58,357 nt of DNA from Methylococcaceae bacterium (GCA_013141375.1 JABFRC010000055.1:1-58357), one strand, 5' to 3'. Shown: positions 36,683-48,574, numbered from the stretch's first letter. The notes: generated from the letters alone by a model not told the origin. Numbers and translations are program-made.

Positions 36683-36941
36683 TTACCCAAATTTTCTTGT
36701 ATCACATTGCTCGACCAATTGCGTCAAGGCATCTGATCTGCAATTCGTGAACAACAAGAATCCATCCTTCCTGCATCTACAATTCACCGATTGCTTACTC
36801 AATAGAGTATTCATGAACTGGACCTAAGACGCCATATAAATATCAAGTAGTTGAGTCAACTGATACTTTATGATTTTGCGCTAATTATCTATCAAACCAG
36901 ACGCTACTCTAACTGAAGAAAATTAATTTACTGAAATCATA

Positions 36942-37403
36942 ATGCCTCAGAAATACACTGCGTTTAAACCCGCATTAAGATTCCCCAATCAAGCTATTGC
37001 TTATATATACAGCAACATTGATCGCCATAAACAACTTCTTCAACCTATCTGCAAAAATTTACCAGCCGAGCTTGCAACGCATGTACTGCATTGCTTAATC
37101 AAGCAAAGAAAGCTAATTATTTACACTGATTCCGCGACCTGGGCATCTCAGCTTAGATTTTACAAGGGGGCAACACTTATTGCAGCAAGCACTTTTATCA
37201 AAGAACCTGTCACCGAACTGCAAGTAAAAATACTCACGCCTCAAGTTAGATTGGAATCAACTCTAGCATTAAAACCTTTGATTCCGTCAGCAGACCAAAT
37301 AAAGCTCATCAGAAGCGCGGGGCTTGCAAGTTCTGATGAGCAATTAAAACTCGCTTTGTTAAAACTCAGCGCTACACTGCAGAGCCTATCCAACAAAGAT
37401 TAG
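36942..37403 (+). CDS. DUF721 (DciA-like) domain protein
   Basis: 153-aa ORF. 'KLIIYTDSATWASQLRFY' resembles the DUF721 core ('L.v.v.s..Wa.eL'). The position between secA and lpxC matches where DUF721 genes sit in Pseudomonas-type genomes. This call rests on memory and motif, not an alignment. Confidence 0.45.
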   Translation: MPQKYTAFKPALRFPNQAIAYIYSNIDRHKQLLQPICKNLPAELATHVLHCLIKQRKLIIYTDSATWASQLRFYKGATLIAASTFIKEPVTELQVKILTPQVRLESTLALKPLIPSADQIKLIRSAGLASSDEQLKLALLKLSATLQSLSNKD

Positions 37404-37408
37404 GGGCA

Positions 37409-38332
37409 TTATGCAGCAGAGCGAACGCTTTGCGCAGAGCGCATAAAAGATATCGGCGCCTCCTCTTCTTTCTCAAACGTGACCATCTCCCAGGCATCCT
37501 TATTGGCCAACAACGTACGCAATAACTTGTTATTGAGGCCGTGCCCGGATTTATAGCCGGTAAACTCACCAATAAGACTGTGTCCTAAAAGATAGAGATC
37601 GCCAATCGCATCCAGAATCTTGTGTTTAACAAATTCATCCGCACAACGCAGGCCGTCTTCATTCAACACTTTGTCGTCATCAACCACAATCGCATTATCG
37701 AGACTTCCGCCCAATGCCAAATTATTCTGACGCAACATTTCGATATCTTTCATAAAACCAAATGTCCTGGCCCGACTCACTTCTTTTACAAAGGTAGTCG
37801 ATGAAAAATCCATTGTGGCGGTTTTGACATGCTCATCAAACGCAGGATGTTCAAAATCAATCGTAAATGTCACTTTAAAACCCTCAAAAGGTTCAAAAGC
37901 TGCCCATTTATCTCCGTCCTCAACGCGAACGCTCTTCTTGATACGAATATACTGTTTGGGACTATCTTGTTCTTCGACGCCCGCAGATTGCAAAAGAAAC
38001 ACAAATGGACCCGCACTGCCATCCATGATTGGCACCTCGGCTGCACTGACATCAATGATTGCGTTATCAATACCTAACCCAGCCAAAGCAGATAACAAGT
38101 GCTCGACAGTAGAAATTTTTACGGTACCCGCCACCAATGTCGTGGACAAAACCGTCTCACCAACATTTTCCGGCGTTGCATCGATTGTCACCGGCTGCTC
38201 TAAATCGACTCTGCGAAATTTGATGCCGGTATTTGCTTCAGCCGGACGTAAGGTGAGATAGACCTTCTCACCCGTATGCAGTCCTACGCCAGTTGCCCTA
38301 ATGGTATTTTTTAAAGTTCGCTGATTAATCAT
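37409..38332 (-). CDS. lpxC: UDP-3-O-acyl-N-acetylglucosamine deacetylase
   Basis: 307-aa ORF '[20 protein letters not shown]', '[16 protein letters not shown]', '[14 protein letters not shown]'. Confidence 0.95.
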   Translation of the reverse strand: MINQRTLKNTIRATGVGLHTGEKVYLTLRPAEANTGIKFRRVDLEQPVTIDATPENVGETVLSTTLVAGTVKISTVEHLLSALAGLGIDNAIIDVSAAEVPIMDGSAGPFVFLLQSAGVEEQDSPKQYIRIKKSVRVEDGDKWAAFEPFEGFKVTFTIDFEHPAFDEHVKTATMDFSSTTFVKEVSRARTFGFMKDIEMLRQNNLALGGSLDNAIVVDDDKVLNEDGLRCADEFVKHKILDAIGDLYLLGHSLIGEFTGYKSGHGLNNKLLRTLLANKDAWEMVTFEKEEEAPISFMRSAQSVRSAA

Positions 38333-38414
38333 AAGGTCAAATAAGCCAAGTCAAGAGTGCAAAAACAGGCAATTCTACCACAAGCCAATTTGCCCTTTGG
38401 ATAGAACATCAATC

Positions 38415-39584
38415 TCAATCAGCCTGACGTCTTAGAAACGCTGGAATATCTAAATAATCCAGATCTACTTCCTTTTTAGGTTGAGCGCCAAAACGGGTTT
38501 CTCTGCTTTCGGTCTTATTTTGACGCATGACTGTTGGAGTATCGAATCCACCATAATTAACTTCACCAGCGGCATTCGGGTTTACGTTATTAACTGAGGC
38601 CTTGGGACCCAATTTAATGACTTTAGAAGGCAGGCCCATTCCGGTTGCAACGACAGTTACTTTAATTTCGTCGCCCAAGTCCGGGTTGATAGCGGTACCA
38701 ATTTTGATAACCGCATCTTCAGAAGCAAATTCGTGAACGATATTGCCCACTTCGTTAAATTCAGCAATTCCCATGTCTGATGCAGAGATATTTACCAATA
38801 TTCCACGCGCACCTTGAAGATTGATGTCTTCCAACAATGGACAAGCAATGGCTTTTTCTGCCGCTTCACGCGCTCTGTGTTCGCCAGTTGCAGCGCCTGT
38901 ACCCATAATTGCCGCACCCATTCCGGACATAACAGTTCTAACGTCTGCAAAGTCAACGTTGATCATACCGGGATGAACGATCAGCTCAGTAATACCTTGA
39001 ACCGCATCCAGCAATACATCATTTGCTGCCTTGAATGCATTTAACAAAGAGACATTGTTACCCAATACCGGCAACAATTTTTGATTGGGAATAGTAATTA
39101 AAGAATCGACATATTTTTCAAGATCAGCAATCCCTTGTTCAGCGATTGCCATTTTCTTTTTGCCTTCAAATAGAAATGGCTTTGTCACGACCGCAACAGT
39201 CAAGATGCCCATGCTGCGAGCGATTTCCGCGATCACAGGAATTGCGCCAGTGCCTGTGCCGCCACCCATGCCAGCTGTCAAGAAAACCATATCGGCCCCT
39301 TCAAGTACTTCTCTGATGCGATCTTTATTTTCAGCGGCGGCTTGGCGTCCAACTTCCGGATTGGTACCTGCACCCAAACCTTTAGTCAATTCAATACCTA
39401 ATTGAATAATGGTGCCGATGCCTAATTTTCTTAACGCCTGGGCATCCGTGTTTGCGCAGATAAACTCAACGCCTTCAATATTGCTTCCCACCATGTGGCT
39501 GACCGCGTTTCCACCGCCGCCCCCTACGCCAATGACTTTTATCACAGCATTTTCAGTACACATATCCATCAATTCATATTTCAT
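38415..39584 (-). CDS. ftsZ: Cell division GTPase FtsZ
   Basis: 'AVIKVIGVGGGGGNAV' and the tubulin signature 'GGGTGTGA'. Confidence 0.97.
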   Translation of the reverse strand: MKYELMDMCTENAVIKVIGVGGGGGNAVSHMVGSNIEGVEFICANTDAQALRKLGIGTIIQLGIELTKGLGAGTNPEVGRQAAAENKDRIREVLEGADMVFLTAGMGGGTGTGAIPVIAEIARSMGILTVAVVTKPFLFEGKKKMAIAEQGIADLEKYVDSLITIPNQKLLPVLGNNVSLLNAFKAANDVLLDAVQGITELIVHPGMINVDFADVRTVMSGMGAAIMGTGAATGEHRAREAAEKAIACPLLEDINLQGARGILVNISASDMGIAEFNEVGNIVHEFASEDAVIKIGTAINPDLGDEIKVTVVATGMGLPSKVIKLGPKASVNNVNPNAAGEVNYGGFDTPTVMRQNKTESRETRFGAQPKKEVDLDYLDIPAFLRRQAD

Positions 39585-39616
39585 TTTCGCTGCCCCTAAT
39601 AAGCTATTGAATTAAA

Positions 39617-40843
39617 TTAAAAATTACCTTGAAACCAGTTTTTCATTCTTGCCAACACACTTGGGCCGTCAGAATCGAGACTCCTGCCAACCCCTTGATG
39701 ATCTTTTCCGTACATTAACAGTCCTACTCCGGTTGAATGAATTGGGTTTTTTACCACTTCCGTCAAACCAGTGACATTTTGAGGAACTCCCACGCGGACC
39801 GGCATGTGAAAGATTTCTTCCGCCAGCTCGATAAGCCCCATTACCTTTGCACTACCGCCAGTCAATACGATACCGGCGGCAATTAATTCTTCATAACCGC
39901 TGCGTCTAAGCTCCGACTGCACTAACAACATCAGCTCCTCATAACGTGGTTCAATAATCTCCGCCAGGTTTTGCGTCGAAATCTTTCTTGGTGCCCGATC
40001 TCCGATACTTGGCACTTCAATTGTTTCGTCAACATTCGCAAGTTGCGTTAACGCACAGGCATATTTGCGCTTAATATCTTCCGCATTAAGTGTTGGCGTT
40101 CTCAGTGCGACAGCAATGTCATTCGTCACTTGATCCCCGGCAATGGGAATGACCGCCGTATGCTTGATCGCACCTTCCACAAAAATGGCGATGTCAGTGG
40201 TGCCGCCGCCGATATCAATCAAGCAAACGCCGAGTTCTTTTTCATCTTCGGTCAACACCGAATTACATGAGGCCAATTGCTCCAGCACAATATCATCGAC
40301 TTCCAGACCGCAACGGCGAATACATTTGACGATGTTTTGCGACGCACTCACGCTGCTGGTCACCATGTGTACCTTGGCTTCCAGACGAATACCGGACATG
40401 CCGATAGGCTCTTTGATACCTTCCTGCAAATCAATTACAAATTCCTGAGGCAGGATATGCAAAATTTTCTGATCCGCTGGAATTGCCACTGCGCGCGCAG
40501 AATCTATCACTCGATCTATATCATATTGAGTGACTTCCTTATCTTTGATTGCGACAATTCCGTGTGAATTCAAACTTCTGATATGACTACCGGCAATTCC
40601 CGCATAGACCGATTTAATCTGGCAACCAGCCATCAATTCAGCTTCTTCAATCGCGCGCTGAATGGATTGAACTGTCGACTCTAAATTAACAACCACACCT
40701 TTTTTAAGTCCTCGCGACGGCGTGGAGCCAATACCTATAACTTCAATCCCGCCATCAGCGGTCAATTCACCCACGATAGCTGCGACCTTCGACGTGCCGA
40801 TATCAAGCCCGACTATTAAATTTCGCTCAGTTTTTTTTGCCAT
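39617..40843 (-). CDS. ftsA: Cell division protein FtsA
   Basis: 408-aa actin-fold ORF 'LIVGLDIGTSKV', 'IDIGGGTTDIA', 'VLTGGSA'. Confidence 0.95.
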   Translation of the reverse strand: MAKKTERNLIVGLDIGTSKVAAIVGELTADGGIEVIGIGSTPSRGLKKGVVVNLESTVQSIQRAIEEAELMAGCQIKSVYAGIAGSHIRSLNSHGIVAIKDKEVTQYDIDRVIDSARAVAIPADQKILHILPQEFVIDLQEGIKEPIGMSGIRLEAKVHMVTSSVSASQNIVKCIRRCGLEVDDIVLEQLASCNSVLTEDEKELGVCLIDIGGGTTDIAIFVEGAIKHTAVIPIAGDQVTNDIAVALRTPTLNAEDIKRKYACALTQLANVDETIEVPSIGDRAPRKISTQNLAEIIEPRYEELMLLVQSELRRSGYEELIAAGIVLTGGSAKVMGLIELAEEIFHMPVRVGVPQNVTGLTEVVKNPIHSTGVGLLMYGKDHQGVGRSLDSDGPSVLARMKNWFQGNF

Positions 40844-41609
40844 TTTGTTTACTCTGACTCGCCTTTTTTAAGTTACCCGTTGTATCGCTTTGTGGAACTG
40901 CATTCGCATTCCAGTCTTGTAGTTCAGCCTCCGGTTTCCACGAAACCGCATAGCCATTGGGATACCTTAAATCAACAACAGCAATTGCCTTTACTCGCTC
41001 TTGCCCTAAAGCATCCAACGTTTTTAGAAAACGTTGTAAATTTTTCAATTGATCCTGACGACCGAGAAGAATCTCCATGCCATCTTTTGTGTTTATCTTC
41101 CATGCCCACCGATCATTCACACTAAATTCGGCCATCTCCAGTGCCTGATCCGCTAGTGCCGTATTGATGCCTTTCATAATTTCCAGCACTTTCACCTGCT
41201 GATGTTCAGGCCCCTCTAACAATGGCAAGTCTTTAAACTGCTCCATGCTTTTGGGATAAATTATTTCCCCTCGCAGATTTACCAGGCTGTTCTGGTGCCA
41301 GCGTACAAAGGGTTTTTTTTCCTTCACTTTTATATCAATGGCATCCGGCCAAATTCGTTTTACGCTGACATTTTCAACCCAGGTTAAATTAGCCACTGCC
41401 TGCTGGATTGCTTGCATATCCGCATCAAAAAAACCGGTGGTCACCAAAGGCAGCAGCGCCTCCTTAACTTCATCCTTTCCCAAATACTGAAAAACACCTT
41501 CGGTTCTGACATATTTAATAGGTTTTGATTTCAGCAAATGCTGTCTAAGCCCAAAAGCCAATCCGGCCAATACCAATAATCCTATTAATAACTTGGCGCC
41601 TTGCATCAA
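40827..41609 (-). CDS. ftsQ: Cell division protein FtsQ
   Basis: 260-aa bitopic ORF with a POTRA-like 'VENVSVKRIWPDAIDIKVKEKKP'. In dcw order. Confidence 0.85.
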   Translation of the reverse strand: MMQGAKLLIGLLVLAGLAFGLRQHLLKSKPIKYVRTEGVFQYLGKDEVKEALLPLVTTGFFDADMQAIQQAVANLTWVENVSVKRIWPDAIDIKVKEKKPFVRWHQNSLVNLRGEIIYPKSMEQFKDLPLLEGPEHQQVKVLEIMKGINTALADQALEMAEFSVNDRWAWKINTKDGMEILLGRQDQLKNLQRFLKTLDALGQERVKAIAVVDLRYPNGYAVSWKPEAELQDWNANAVPQSDTTGNLKKASQSKQNGKKN

Positions 41610-41630
41610 AAATTAACCGGCAACATCAGT

Positions 41631-42569
41631 TCAGACTTGATTACGATCAATACTGGTTTCCAGTATGCGCCAAACCAAATCATCGAAAGAGATTCCTGCC
41701 TGTTTTGCTGCCATCGGCACCAAACTATGATCGGTCATCCCCGGCACGGTATTAATCTCAATCAATTGATAATTTCCAGCCTCATTCAAGAACACATCAA
41801 CTCTTGCCCAGCCATTCACACCAACCACGTTACTAGCAACTTCAGCCAAATTCTTTAATTGTTGCTCCTGTTCTTCAGGCAGACCACAGGGGCAATGGTA
41901 TTGCGTCGTTGTTGCCTGATATTTGGCTTCATAATCGTAAAAAGCATTCGGTGTTTCCAATCGGATCACGGGTAATGCCTGACCATTCAATACCGCCACT
42001 GTATATTCTTTACCGGTGACCCAAGCTTCTGCATAAACGTCGCATTTAAAACCGGAGGCCAGTTTTAAAGCTTCTGCCAACTCTTCCCGATTGTGTGCCT
42101 TGCTCATGCCGATACTTGAACCTTCCTGAGCCGGTTTCACAATCACAGGAAATCCAAGCCTGGCAATACAATCGTCTAAATCTTTCTCATCTTTTAACAG
42201 AGCCCAAGCCGGAGTCGTTAAGCCCGCGCCCTGCCAGCATAATTTGGTACGCAATTTATCCATGCTTAAGGCCGACGCCAGTACACCGCTACCTGTGTAC
42301 GGAATGTCTAAAACCTCGAGTACAGCCTGCAACACCCCATCTTCACCACCACGTCCGTGAATGATGTTAAATACCCTGTCTATCTCAAAGCCAGTTAATG
42401 CATCAATTGGGCTAGCAGTCACATCAACAGCAATAACATCGACACCTTTGCGTTTCAGCGCAGCAAATACAGCGGCACCACTTCTTAAAGAGACTTCCCG
42501 CTCCGCCGCTTGCCCGCCCATAAGCACCGCAACCCTGCCAAATGCTTTGGGATCGTTTACCGATTTCAT
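41631..42569 (-). CDS. ddl: D-alanine--D-alanine ligase
   Basis: 312-aa ATP-grasp ORF 'VAVLMGGQAAEREVSLRSG', 'GRGGEDG', 'LIEINTVPGMT'. Confidence 0.95.
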   Translation of the reverse strand: MKSVNDPKAFGRVAVLMGGQAAEREVSLRSGAAVFAALKRKGVDVIAVDVTASPIDALTGFEIDRVFNIIHGRGGEDGVLQAVLEVLDIPYTGSGVLASALSMDKLRTKLCWQGAGLTTPAWALLKDEKDLDDCIARLGFPVIVKPAQEGSSIGMSKAHNREELAEALKLASGFKCDVYAEAWVTGKEYTVAVLNGQALPVIRLETPNAFYDYEAKYQATTTQYHCPCGLPEEQEQQLKNLAEVASNVVGVNGWARVDVFLNEAGNYQLIEINTVPGMTDHSLVPMAAKQAGISFDDLVWRILETSIDRNQV

Positions 42570-43438
42570 AATGCTTCACCTACCATGCATACCTCAGTTT
42601 GCAAACTTATGCCTTGTTGTTGCTCAACTTGATGCTGAACGTAATAAATTAACTCTTCAATATCAGCAGCAGACGCTTTGCCGGTATTAATAATAAAATT
42701 CGCATGCTTCTCGGATACGGCAGCTCCGCCGATGGCCTTTCCTTTTAAACCACACAGCTCTATTAATCTTGCTGCAAAATCCCCTGGAGGGTTTTTAAAT
42801 ACCGATCCGCAACTTGGCTGATTAGTCGGCTGTGTTTTTGAGCGATGTTCCAATAAGCTTTTAATTTTTTGTTGGCTTGCCACTACATCACCCGACTGCA
42901 ACTTCAATATTGCCGCGATAAACCATTCACATTCCTGGCCCTTGACCGATCGATAACTGACGGTAAATTGCTCGGGCTGACGCTGTTTAACTTGTCCTTG
43001 TGCATTAATCAATTCCACGCTTTCAACAATTGACCACGTCTCACCACCAAATGCACCGGCATTCATTTTCAATGCACCGCCCATGGTGCCAGGTATGCCT
43101 GCCAAAAATTCAGCACCAATCAAACCGTGTTCACCACAAAACCGTGCGACATGGGCACAAGGTACGCCGGCTTCTACATAAACCAAGAGGTCGCCAACCA
43201 AACGCATTTCTTTGAGCTTGCCTTTGGTGTTTATCACCGTACCGCGTATACCACCATCCCTGATCAATAAATTACTGCCGAGCCCTATCCAAAATAATGG
43301 CTCCGATGCCGGCAATGTTTTAATAAACTCGCACAAATCCTGGCGGTTCGCCGGTATATACAATCGCTCAGCGGGCCCTCCGACTCGCCAACTGGTGTAT
43401 TTCGCCAAAGGCTCTTCATGCAACAAACGACCATTCAT
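42566..43438 (-). CDS. murB: UDP-N-acetylenolpyruvoylglucosamine reductase
   Basis: 290-aa ORF 'YTSWRVGGPAERLY', 'GLGSNLL', 'SCGSVFKNP'. Confidence 0.95.
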   Translation of the reverse strand: MNGRLLHEEPLAKYTSWRVGGPAERLYIPANRQDLCEFIKTLPASEPLFWIGLGSNLLIRDGGIRGTVINTKGKLKEMRLVGDLLVYVEAGVPCAHVARFCGEHGLIGAEFLAGIPGTMGGALKMNAGAFGGETWSIVESVELINAQGQVKQRQPEQFTVSYRSVKGQECEWFIAAILKLQSGDVVASQQKIKSLLEHRSKTQPTNQPSCGSVFKNPPGDFAARLIELCGLKGKAIGGAAVSEKHANFIINTGKASAADIEELIYYVQHQVEQQQGISLQTEVCMVGEAL

Positions 43439-43443
43439 AACAA

Positions 43444-44934
43444 TTAGCGACTTTGCCCCTTTTCCCGAAGCGCCAGCGCATGTGTTAATAATTCAGGCAA
43501 GGTAGTAGAAATCTGCCCGACATTGCCGGCGCCCATAGTCAGAATCACATCATTGGCCTGCACCAAGCCCGCGAGTATTTCCGGCAATTCTTCATAATTT
43601 TCGACAAATACAGGATCGACTTGGCCACGCATCCGAATAGCCCGGCTCAATGCTCTGCCGTCTGCACCGGGTATCGAGGCTTCACCCGCCGAATACACAT
43701 CCAATAAAATCAACAAGTCTACGGTGGAGAGAACGTGCACAAAATCTTCAAACAAATCGCGTGTTCGTGTATATCTGTGTGGCTGAAAAATAACGACTTT
43801 GCGTTTTTCAGGCCAGGCTTGACGCAAGGCTTCCAGTGTTGCTGCAACTTCTCTTGGGTGATGACCATAATCATCGACGAGGGGCAATTCGCCCAATCCG
43901 GGTAATTTCAGGTTTGTAGTTTGAAAGCGCCGTCCTACGCCTTTAAAAGCTCCCAAGCTTTTGACTATTGCCTCATCGTCCACACCAAGACGGGTTGCGA
44001 TGGCAATTGCTGCAAGCGCATTTAGCATATTGTGCCAACCAGGCATGTTTAAAGTGACTTGCAAGGGCAAATATTCGCCCTGACTATTATCGGTATCGTT
44101 AGGCAGTCGACCAGATCGCAACACAGTAAATGAAGTCTGCATGCCTACTTGTTTAATGTCGATCGCTCGAACATCGGCTTTCTCATCTACGCCATAAGTC
44201 GTCACTGGCTTAGAGATTTGTGGCAACACCTCCCTGATACCGTCATCGTCCAGACACAAGACCGCCAACCCATAAAAAGGTAGGTGATGTAAAAATTCTA
44301 TGAACGTATCTTTCAAGCGCTGATAGCTGCCTTGGTAAGTCGCCATGTGATCTTGATCGATGTTGGTCACCACCGCCATCATCGGCTGCAAATACAGGAA
44401 TGAGGCATCACTCTCATCGGCTTCTGCGACCAAATAATGGCCCAAGCCCAATTTTGCATTCGTACCTGCGCTGTTCAGGCGACCCCCAATCACGAAAGTG
44501 GGATCTAGACCGCCCTCCGCCAATATGCTGGCGATAAGGCTCGTTGTGGTGGTTTTGCCGTGGGTACCTGCAACCGCGATACCGAATCTAAACCGCATCA
44601 ATTCAGCCAGCATTTCGGCGCGAGGGATAACCGGAATTCTTTTAATGTAAGCCTCATCAACCTCTTCATTACTGCGATCAATGGCGCTGGACACCACAAC
44701 AACATCGACGCCCGCAATATTTTGACGTTGATGACCAATGTTGATGATGACGCCCAAACTGGCTAGTCTTTCTGTTACTGCACTGGTTTTGATATCCGAT
44801 CCAGATACCTGATAGCCGAGGTTCGATAAAACTTCCGCTATACCGCTCATGCCGGTGCCACCGATACCGACAAAATGAATTCGCTCAATACTGCCCAGGA
44901 CGTCTGTCGGCAATTGACTGTTAGGAAAGTTCAT
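43444..44934 (-). CDS. murC: UDP-N-acetylmuramate--L-alanine ligase
   Basis: '[18 protein letters not shown]', '[12 protein letters not shown]'. The ATG at 44934 makes an ATGA overlap with the murG stop. The track start at 44955 is 7 codons longer. Confidence 0.93.
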   Translation of the reverse strand: MNFPNSQLPTDVLGSIERIHFVGIGGTGMSGIAEVLSNLGYQVSGSDIKTSAVTERLASLGVIINIGHQRQNIAGVDVVVVSSAIDRSNEEVDEAYIKRIPVIPRAEMLAELMRFRFGIAVAGTHGKTTTTSLIASILAEGGLDPTFVIGGRLNSAGTNAKLGLGHYLVAEADESDASFLYLQPMMAVVTNIDQDHMATYQGSYQRLKDTFIEFLHHLPFYGLAVLCLDDDGIREVLPQISKPVTTYGVDEKADVRAIDIKQVGMQTSFTVLRSGRLPNDTDNSQGEYLPLQVTLNMPGWHNMLNALAAIAIATRLGVDDEAIVKSLGAFKGVGRRFQTTNLKLPGLGELPLVDDYGHHPREVAATLEALRQAWPEKRKVVIFQPHRYTRTRDLFEDFVHVLSTVDLLILLDVYSAGEASIPGADGRALSRAIRMRGQVDPVFVENYEELPEILAGLVQANDVILTMGAGNVGQISTTLPELLTHALALREKGQSR

Positions 44935-46010
44935 ACACTTGCCTCTGCGATACAAAAGCCCGCTACTTGTTCAGTTGCATCTAATCGTGCGCATTGCTTG
45001 GCCGCATCACTCATGGTCGTTTTATGCATACTTACCTGGATAATCTGTTCGGCCAACGCAGTTGCGCTCAGCTCATTTTGTTTTAGCATGACTGCCGCAC
45101 CGGCTTCAGTTAATACTCTGGCATTGGCCGTTTGATGATCGTCTATCGCACTCGGTAAAGGGATGAATATCGCAGGCACGCCCGCTGCCGCAACCTCACT
45201 GACAGTCATCGCGCCGGCACGGCACACCACGACATCTGCCCACTGATAGGCCCCAGCCATATCTTCAATAAATGCGCTTACCTGAGCCTGAATACCCAGC
45301 GTCTGGTAGCGGGCCTCAACCTGTTCTTTCATCGCCAGGCCGGTCTGGTGCCGCACATGCAGTTGATTGATCTCGCTGTCGCCTGCTTGCTGATTCAATT
45401 CGGCAATGGCTTCAGGAACCACTTCATTCAAAATTTGTGCGCCCTGACTGCCGCCAACGACCAACAAATGCAGTTCATTTTCATGAATAAGATGAACGCC
45501 CAGCTCGCCTAAAAACGCCAGTCTTAAAGGGTTGCCAGTACATTTTGCGTTCAACTTTGATCTAAAACTTCCCGGAAATGCTTCCAACACTTTGTTGGCA
45601 ATTTTTGCCAGTAAGCGATTGGTTGTGCCGGGTACACGATTCTGTTCGTGGATAACCAATGGAATACCCAATACCTTGGCCATTAATCCTCCAGGTCCTG
45701 CGACAAAACCGCCCATGCCCAAGACCACATCCGGTTTACGTCGACGAAGAATGATCCATGCCTGAAAACAAGCCTTCAGTAACATGATCGACGCAGCCAG
45801 TTTTGAAACGATGCCTTTCCCGCGCACTCCCGCGACAGATAGCCAATCGATCTCTATATTGTTGTCAGGTACAACCCGACTCTCCAGACCTTTCTGAGTA
45901 CCCAGCCAGCTCACTTGCCAGCCTTTCTGCAATAAGTCTTGAGCAACGGCCAGTGCAGGAAATACATGACCGCCGGTGCCACCCGCCATAATCACAATAC
46001 GCTTAGGCAT
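44931..46010 (-). CDS. murG: Undecaprenyldiphospho-muramoylpentapeptide beta-N-acetylglucosaminyltransferase
   Basis: '[19 protein letters not shown]', '[21 protein letters not shown]'. Confidence 0.95.
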   Translation of the reverse strand: MPKRIVIMAGGTGGHVFPALAVAQDLLQKGWQVSWLGTQKGLESRVVPDNNIEIDWLSVAGVRGKGIVSKLAASIMLLKACFQAWIILRRRKPDVVLGMGGFVAGPGGLMAKVLGIPLVIHEQNRVPGTTNRLLAKIANKVLEAFPGSFRSKLNAKCTGNPLRLAFLGELGVHLIHENELHLLVVGGSQGAQILNEVVPEAIAELNQQAGDSEINQLHVRHQTGLAMKEQVEARYQTLGIQAQVSAFIEDMAGAYQWADVVVCRAGAMTVSEVAAAGVPAIFIPLPSAIDDHQTANARVLTEAGAAVMLKQNELSATALAEQIIQVSMHKTTMSDAAKQCARLDATEQVAGFCIAEASV

Positions 46011-47199
46011 GGCGAGTTACCTTATTCAACCATTGATTTCTCAATGTTGAAGACTCTGTCCGCTTATGTGATCGCTCACTTAAACCAGCAACTTCACTTT
46101 GCACTCGGAACAATAACGCTACCGCACAACACATAATCATCATGCTGCCGCCGCCATAACTCATTAACGGCAGTGTCAATCCCTTAGTCGGCAAAATGCC
46201 CATGTTGACGCCCATATTGACGAAAGTTTGAAAACCAAACCAGATGCTTAATCCATAAGCTACAAAGGCTGAAAAGGTCTGGCCCGCTCGCTCCGCAGCC
46301 AGCGCAATAACAAAACTTCGCCAGATGAAAATGGCAAATAATACGATGACAACCAATACACCTAAAAAGCCAAGCTCTTCGGCAATCACGGAAAATAGAA
46401 AGTCTGTGTGTGCTTCAGGTAAATAGAATAGTTTTTGGATACCATTACCTAATCCGACACCCAACCATTCACCGCGACCAAATGAAATTAGTGCCTGTAC
46501 CAACTGAAATCCGGAATTAAGTGGGTCTTCCCAAGGATTTAAAAAGCTAACCACTCGTAGCCATCTATAAGGTGAAAAATACACCAGCATCATGGCAGCC
46601 AATGCCAGTAGGCCTAACAAAATGATGTATTGAGCCAATCGGGCTCCGGCCAAAAACATAATACCCATCGCAATCATTAAAATGACCACAGACGAGCCGA
46701 AATCTGGTTCCAATAACAATAAAAGACTGGCTACTGAAAAAAGCGCCAGCGGCATCAACAAGCCATAAGCAGAGTTGCGAATAGTGTCTTGATGGCGAGT
46801 GACATAACCTGCCATATAAATGACCGAGAAAAACTTCACCACTTCTGAAACTTGTATTCTCATGCCGGCTATCGATAACCATCGTGTACTGCCATTGACC
46901 TTGATACCCAATCCCGGTATCAAAACAACCACCAACAGAAACAAGCCCACCAAGAACAAATTAGGTCCATATTTCTGCCAGACATGCATCGGCACGAGTG
47001 CCACTCCTGTACCGAGAAACAAGCCCAGGGCAATATGAACCAACTGTCTAATCGGGTAATACCAGTTGTCATCGGCAATTTTCACACCCAAATGTAAGGA
47101 CGCGGACACCACCATGATGTAGCCAATCACCAATAAACAAACACAGGCCGCAAGCAGCAAGGGATCAAAATAGAAATGTCTGATTCTCAAGCTTTTCAT
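46003..47199 (-). CDS. ftsW: Cell division SEDS-family peptidoglycan polymerase FtsW
   Basis: 398-aa polytopic ORF 'GSTRWLSI.GMRIQVSEVVK', 'LPEAHTDF.FSVIAEELG', 'LPTKGLTLPLMSYGGGS'. Confidence 0.93.
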   Translation of the reverse strand: MKSLRIRHFYFDPLLLAACVCLLVIGYIMVVSASLHLGVKIADDNWYYPIRQLVHIALGLFLGTGVALVPMHVWQKYGPNLFLVGLFLLVVVLIPGLGIKVNGSTRWLSIAGMRIQVSEVVKFFSVIYMAGYVTRHQDTIRNSAYGLLMPLALFSVASLLLLLEPDFGSSVVILMIAMGIMFLAGARLAQYIILLGLLALAAMMLVYFSPYRWLRVVSFLNPWEDPLNSGFQLVQALISFGRGEWLGVGLGNGIQKLFYLPEAHTDFLFSVIAEELGFLGVLVVIVLFAIFIWRSFVIALAAERAGQTFSAFVAYGLSIWFGFQTFVNMGVNMGILPTKGLTLPLMSYGGGSMMIMCCAVALLFRVQSEVAGLSERSHKRTESSTLRNQWLNKVTRHA

Positions 47200-48572
47200 G
47201 CTTGTACCGCCAAGGCCATTACCGATTTAATAAATTTATCACCCCGATCTTGATAGTTTTTATATTGATCAAGACTGGCGCAAGCCGGCGATAACAATAC
47301 GCTTTCACCCGATTGCGCCAAACGGGCTGCAATCTGTACGGCTTCGTTCATATCTGCAGCAAAATAGGCTGGAACACAACCTGCTATCGCCTGCTCTATC
47401 AGATTCGCGTCCTTGCCCATCAATACGACGCTTTTGGCTTTTTCTTTGATGGCTGGCGTTAACTCCGCCATATCTGCACCTTTGGCATCGCCCCCGGCAA
47501 TCAACACCACTTTTTGCTCATAACCCTGAAGGGCAGCAACACATGCACCGATATTGGTGGCTTTGGAATCATTTACCCAATTCACACCGCGGATTTGAGC
47601 TACCCGTTGCATTCTATGGTCCAAGCCTTTAAATTTTCTTAACGCCGAACACATTGCCTGCTTATCCAGGCCAATAGCGACGCCCAACGCCAGCGCTGCC
47701 AACGCATTTGCGGCATTGTGTCTGCCTTCAAGCGGCAATTCCGACAAAGACATTAACGCCTCAGTGCCGTGCATCAAATATTCAGAGTCTGTCGTTTTCT
47801 TAAGGTAAAAGTCAGCATCGGTTTTTATTGAAAAGGTTAATGTGTCTCTACCTTCCACACGCATTGCGCTAACAACGGGATCATCAATATTGATGATCAT
47901 TACTCCGTTGCCGTTATAAATTTTCTGTTTTTCGCAGGCATACTCGGCCATGCTGGCGTGCCGGTCTAAATGATCAGCCGAAACATTTAACACAGTTGCC
48001 GCGGCCGCATTTAGCAAACAGGTGCGCTCAAGTTGAAAGCTGGACAACTCTAAAACATACAACTCTGCAGATTGCGCCAACAAGTCCAGTGCCGGTGTAC
48101 CAAGATTGCCACCGACGCCCACTTTTTTGCCGGATGCTTTCGCCATGTCGCCCAAGATCGTCGTAACTGTACTTTTGCCATTGGAGCCGGTGATCGCCAC
48201 AATGGGTGCTTCTGTAGCTAATACAAACAAGTCGATATCGCTAATGATTTTTGCGCCATTGGCAATGGCTCTGACTATGGCTTGATTGGTTAACGCAACG
48301 CCAGGACTCACCACCAGATGCGTAGCCACCTTGAAGGCAGCCTCGTCAAAACCACCGGTAAACAACGGAGCATTCGGAAGTTGTTGCAACAACTCATCAG
48401 CTCCCGGCGGCTTATCCCGGCTATCGGTAATTGCGAATTTAAAGCCAAGCTTATCCAAAAAATTTGCCACGGAAATCCCGGTCACGCCTAATCCCACCAC
48501 GAGCACTTTGGATGATTGCGCATCCAAGTCGAAGTGTTTTAATAAAGCGTTTGAGATTGCCGCAATATTCAT
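47196..48572 (-). CDS. murD: UDP-N-acetylmuramoylalanine--D-glutamate ligase
   Basis: 'VVGLGVTGIS', 'ITGSNGKSTVT', 'DHLDRH'. Confidence 0.95.
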   Translation of the reverse strand: MNIAAISNALLKHFDLDAQSSKVLVVGLGVTGISVANFLDKLGFKFAITDSRDKPPGADELLQQLPNAPLFTGGFDEAAFKVATHLVVSPGVALTNQAIVRAIANGAKIISDIDLFVLATEAPIVAITGSNGKSTVTTILGDMAKASGKKVGVGGNLGTPALDLLAQSAELYVLELSSFQLERTCLLNAAAATVLNVSADHLDRHASMAEYACEKQKIYNGNGVMIINIDDPVVSAMRVEGRDTLTFSIKTDADFYLKKTTDSEYLMHGTEALMSLSELPLEGRHNAANALAALALGVAIGLDKQAMCSALRKFKGLDHRMQRVAQIRGVNWVNDSKATNIGACVAALQGYEQKVVLIAGGDAKGADMAELTPAIKEKAKSVVLMGKDANLIEQAIAGCVPAYFAADMNEAVQIAARLAQSGESVLLSPACASLDQYKNYQDRGDKFIKSVMALAVQA

Positions 48573-48574
48573 AG

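Noticed and set aside
37815-38261. The 148-aa ORF antisense to lpxC, and similar antisense or alternate-frame ORFs inside secA (35279-35683), cstA (17025-17444), murF (50031-50384), ftsA, purK, pilQ and others.
   Set aside because: They are fully embedded in strongly supported conserved genes. Their composition is typical of antisense frames (Ser/Arg/Pro-rich), and they have no recognisable domains.
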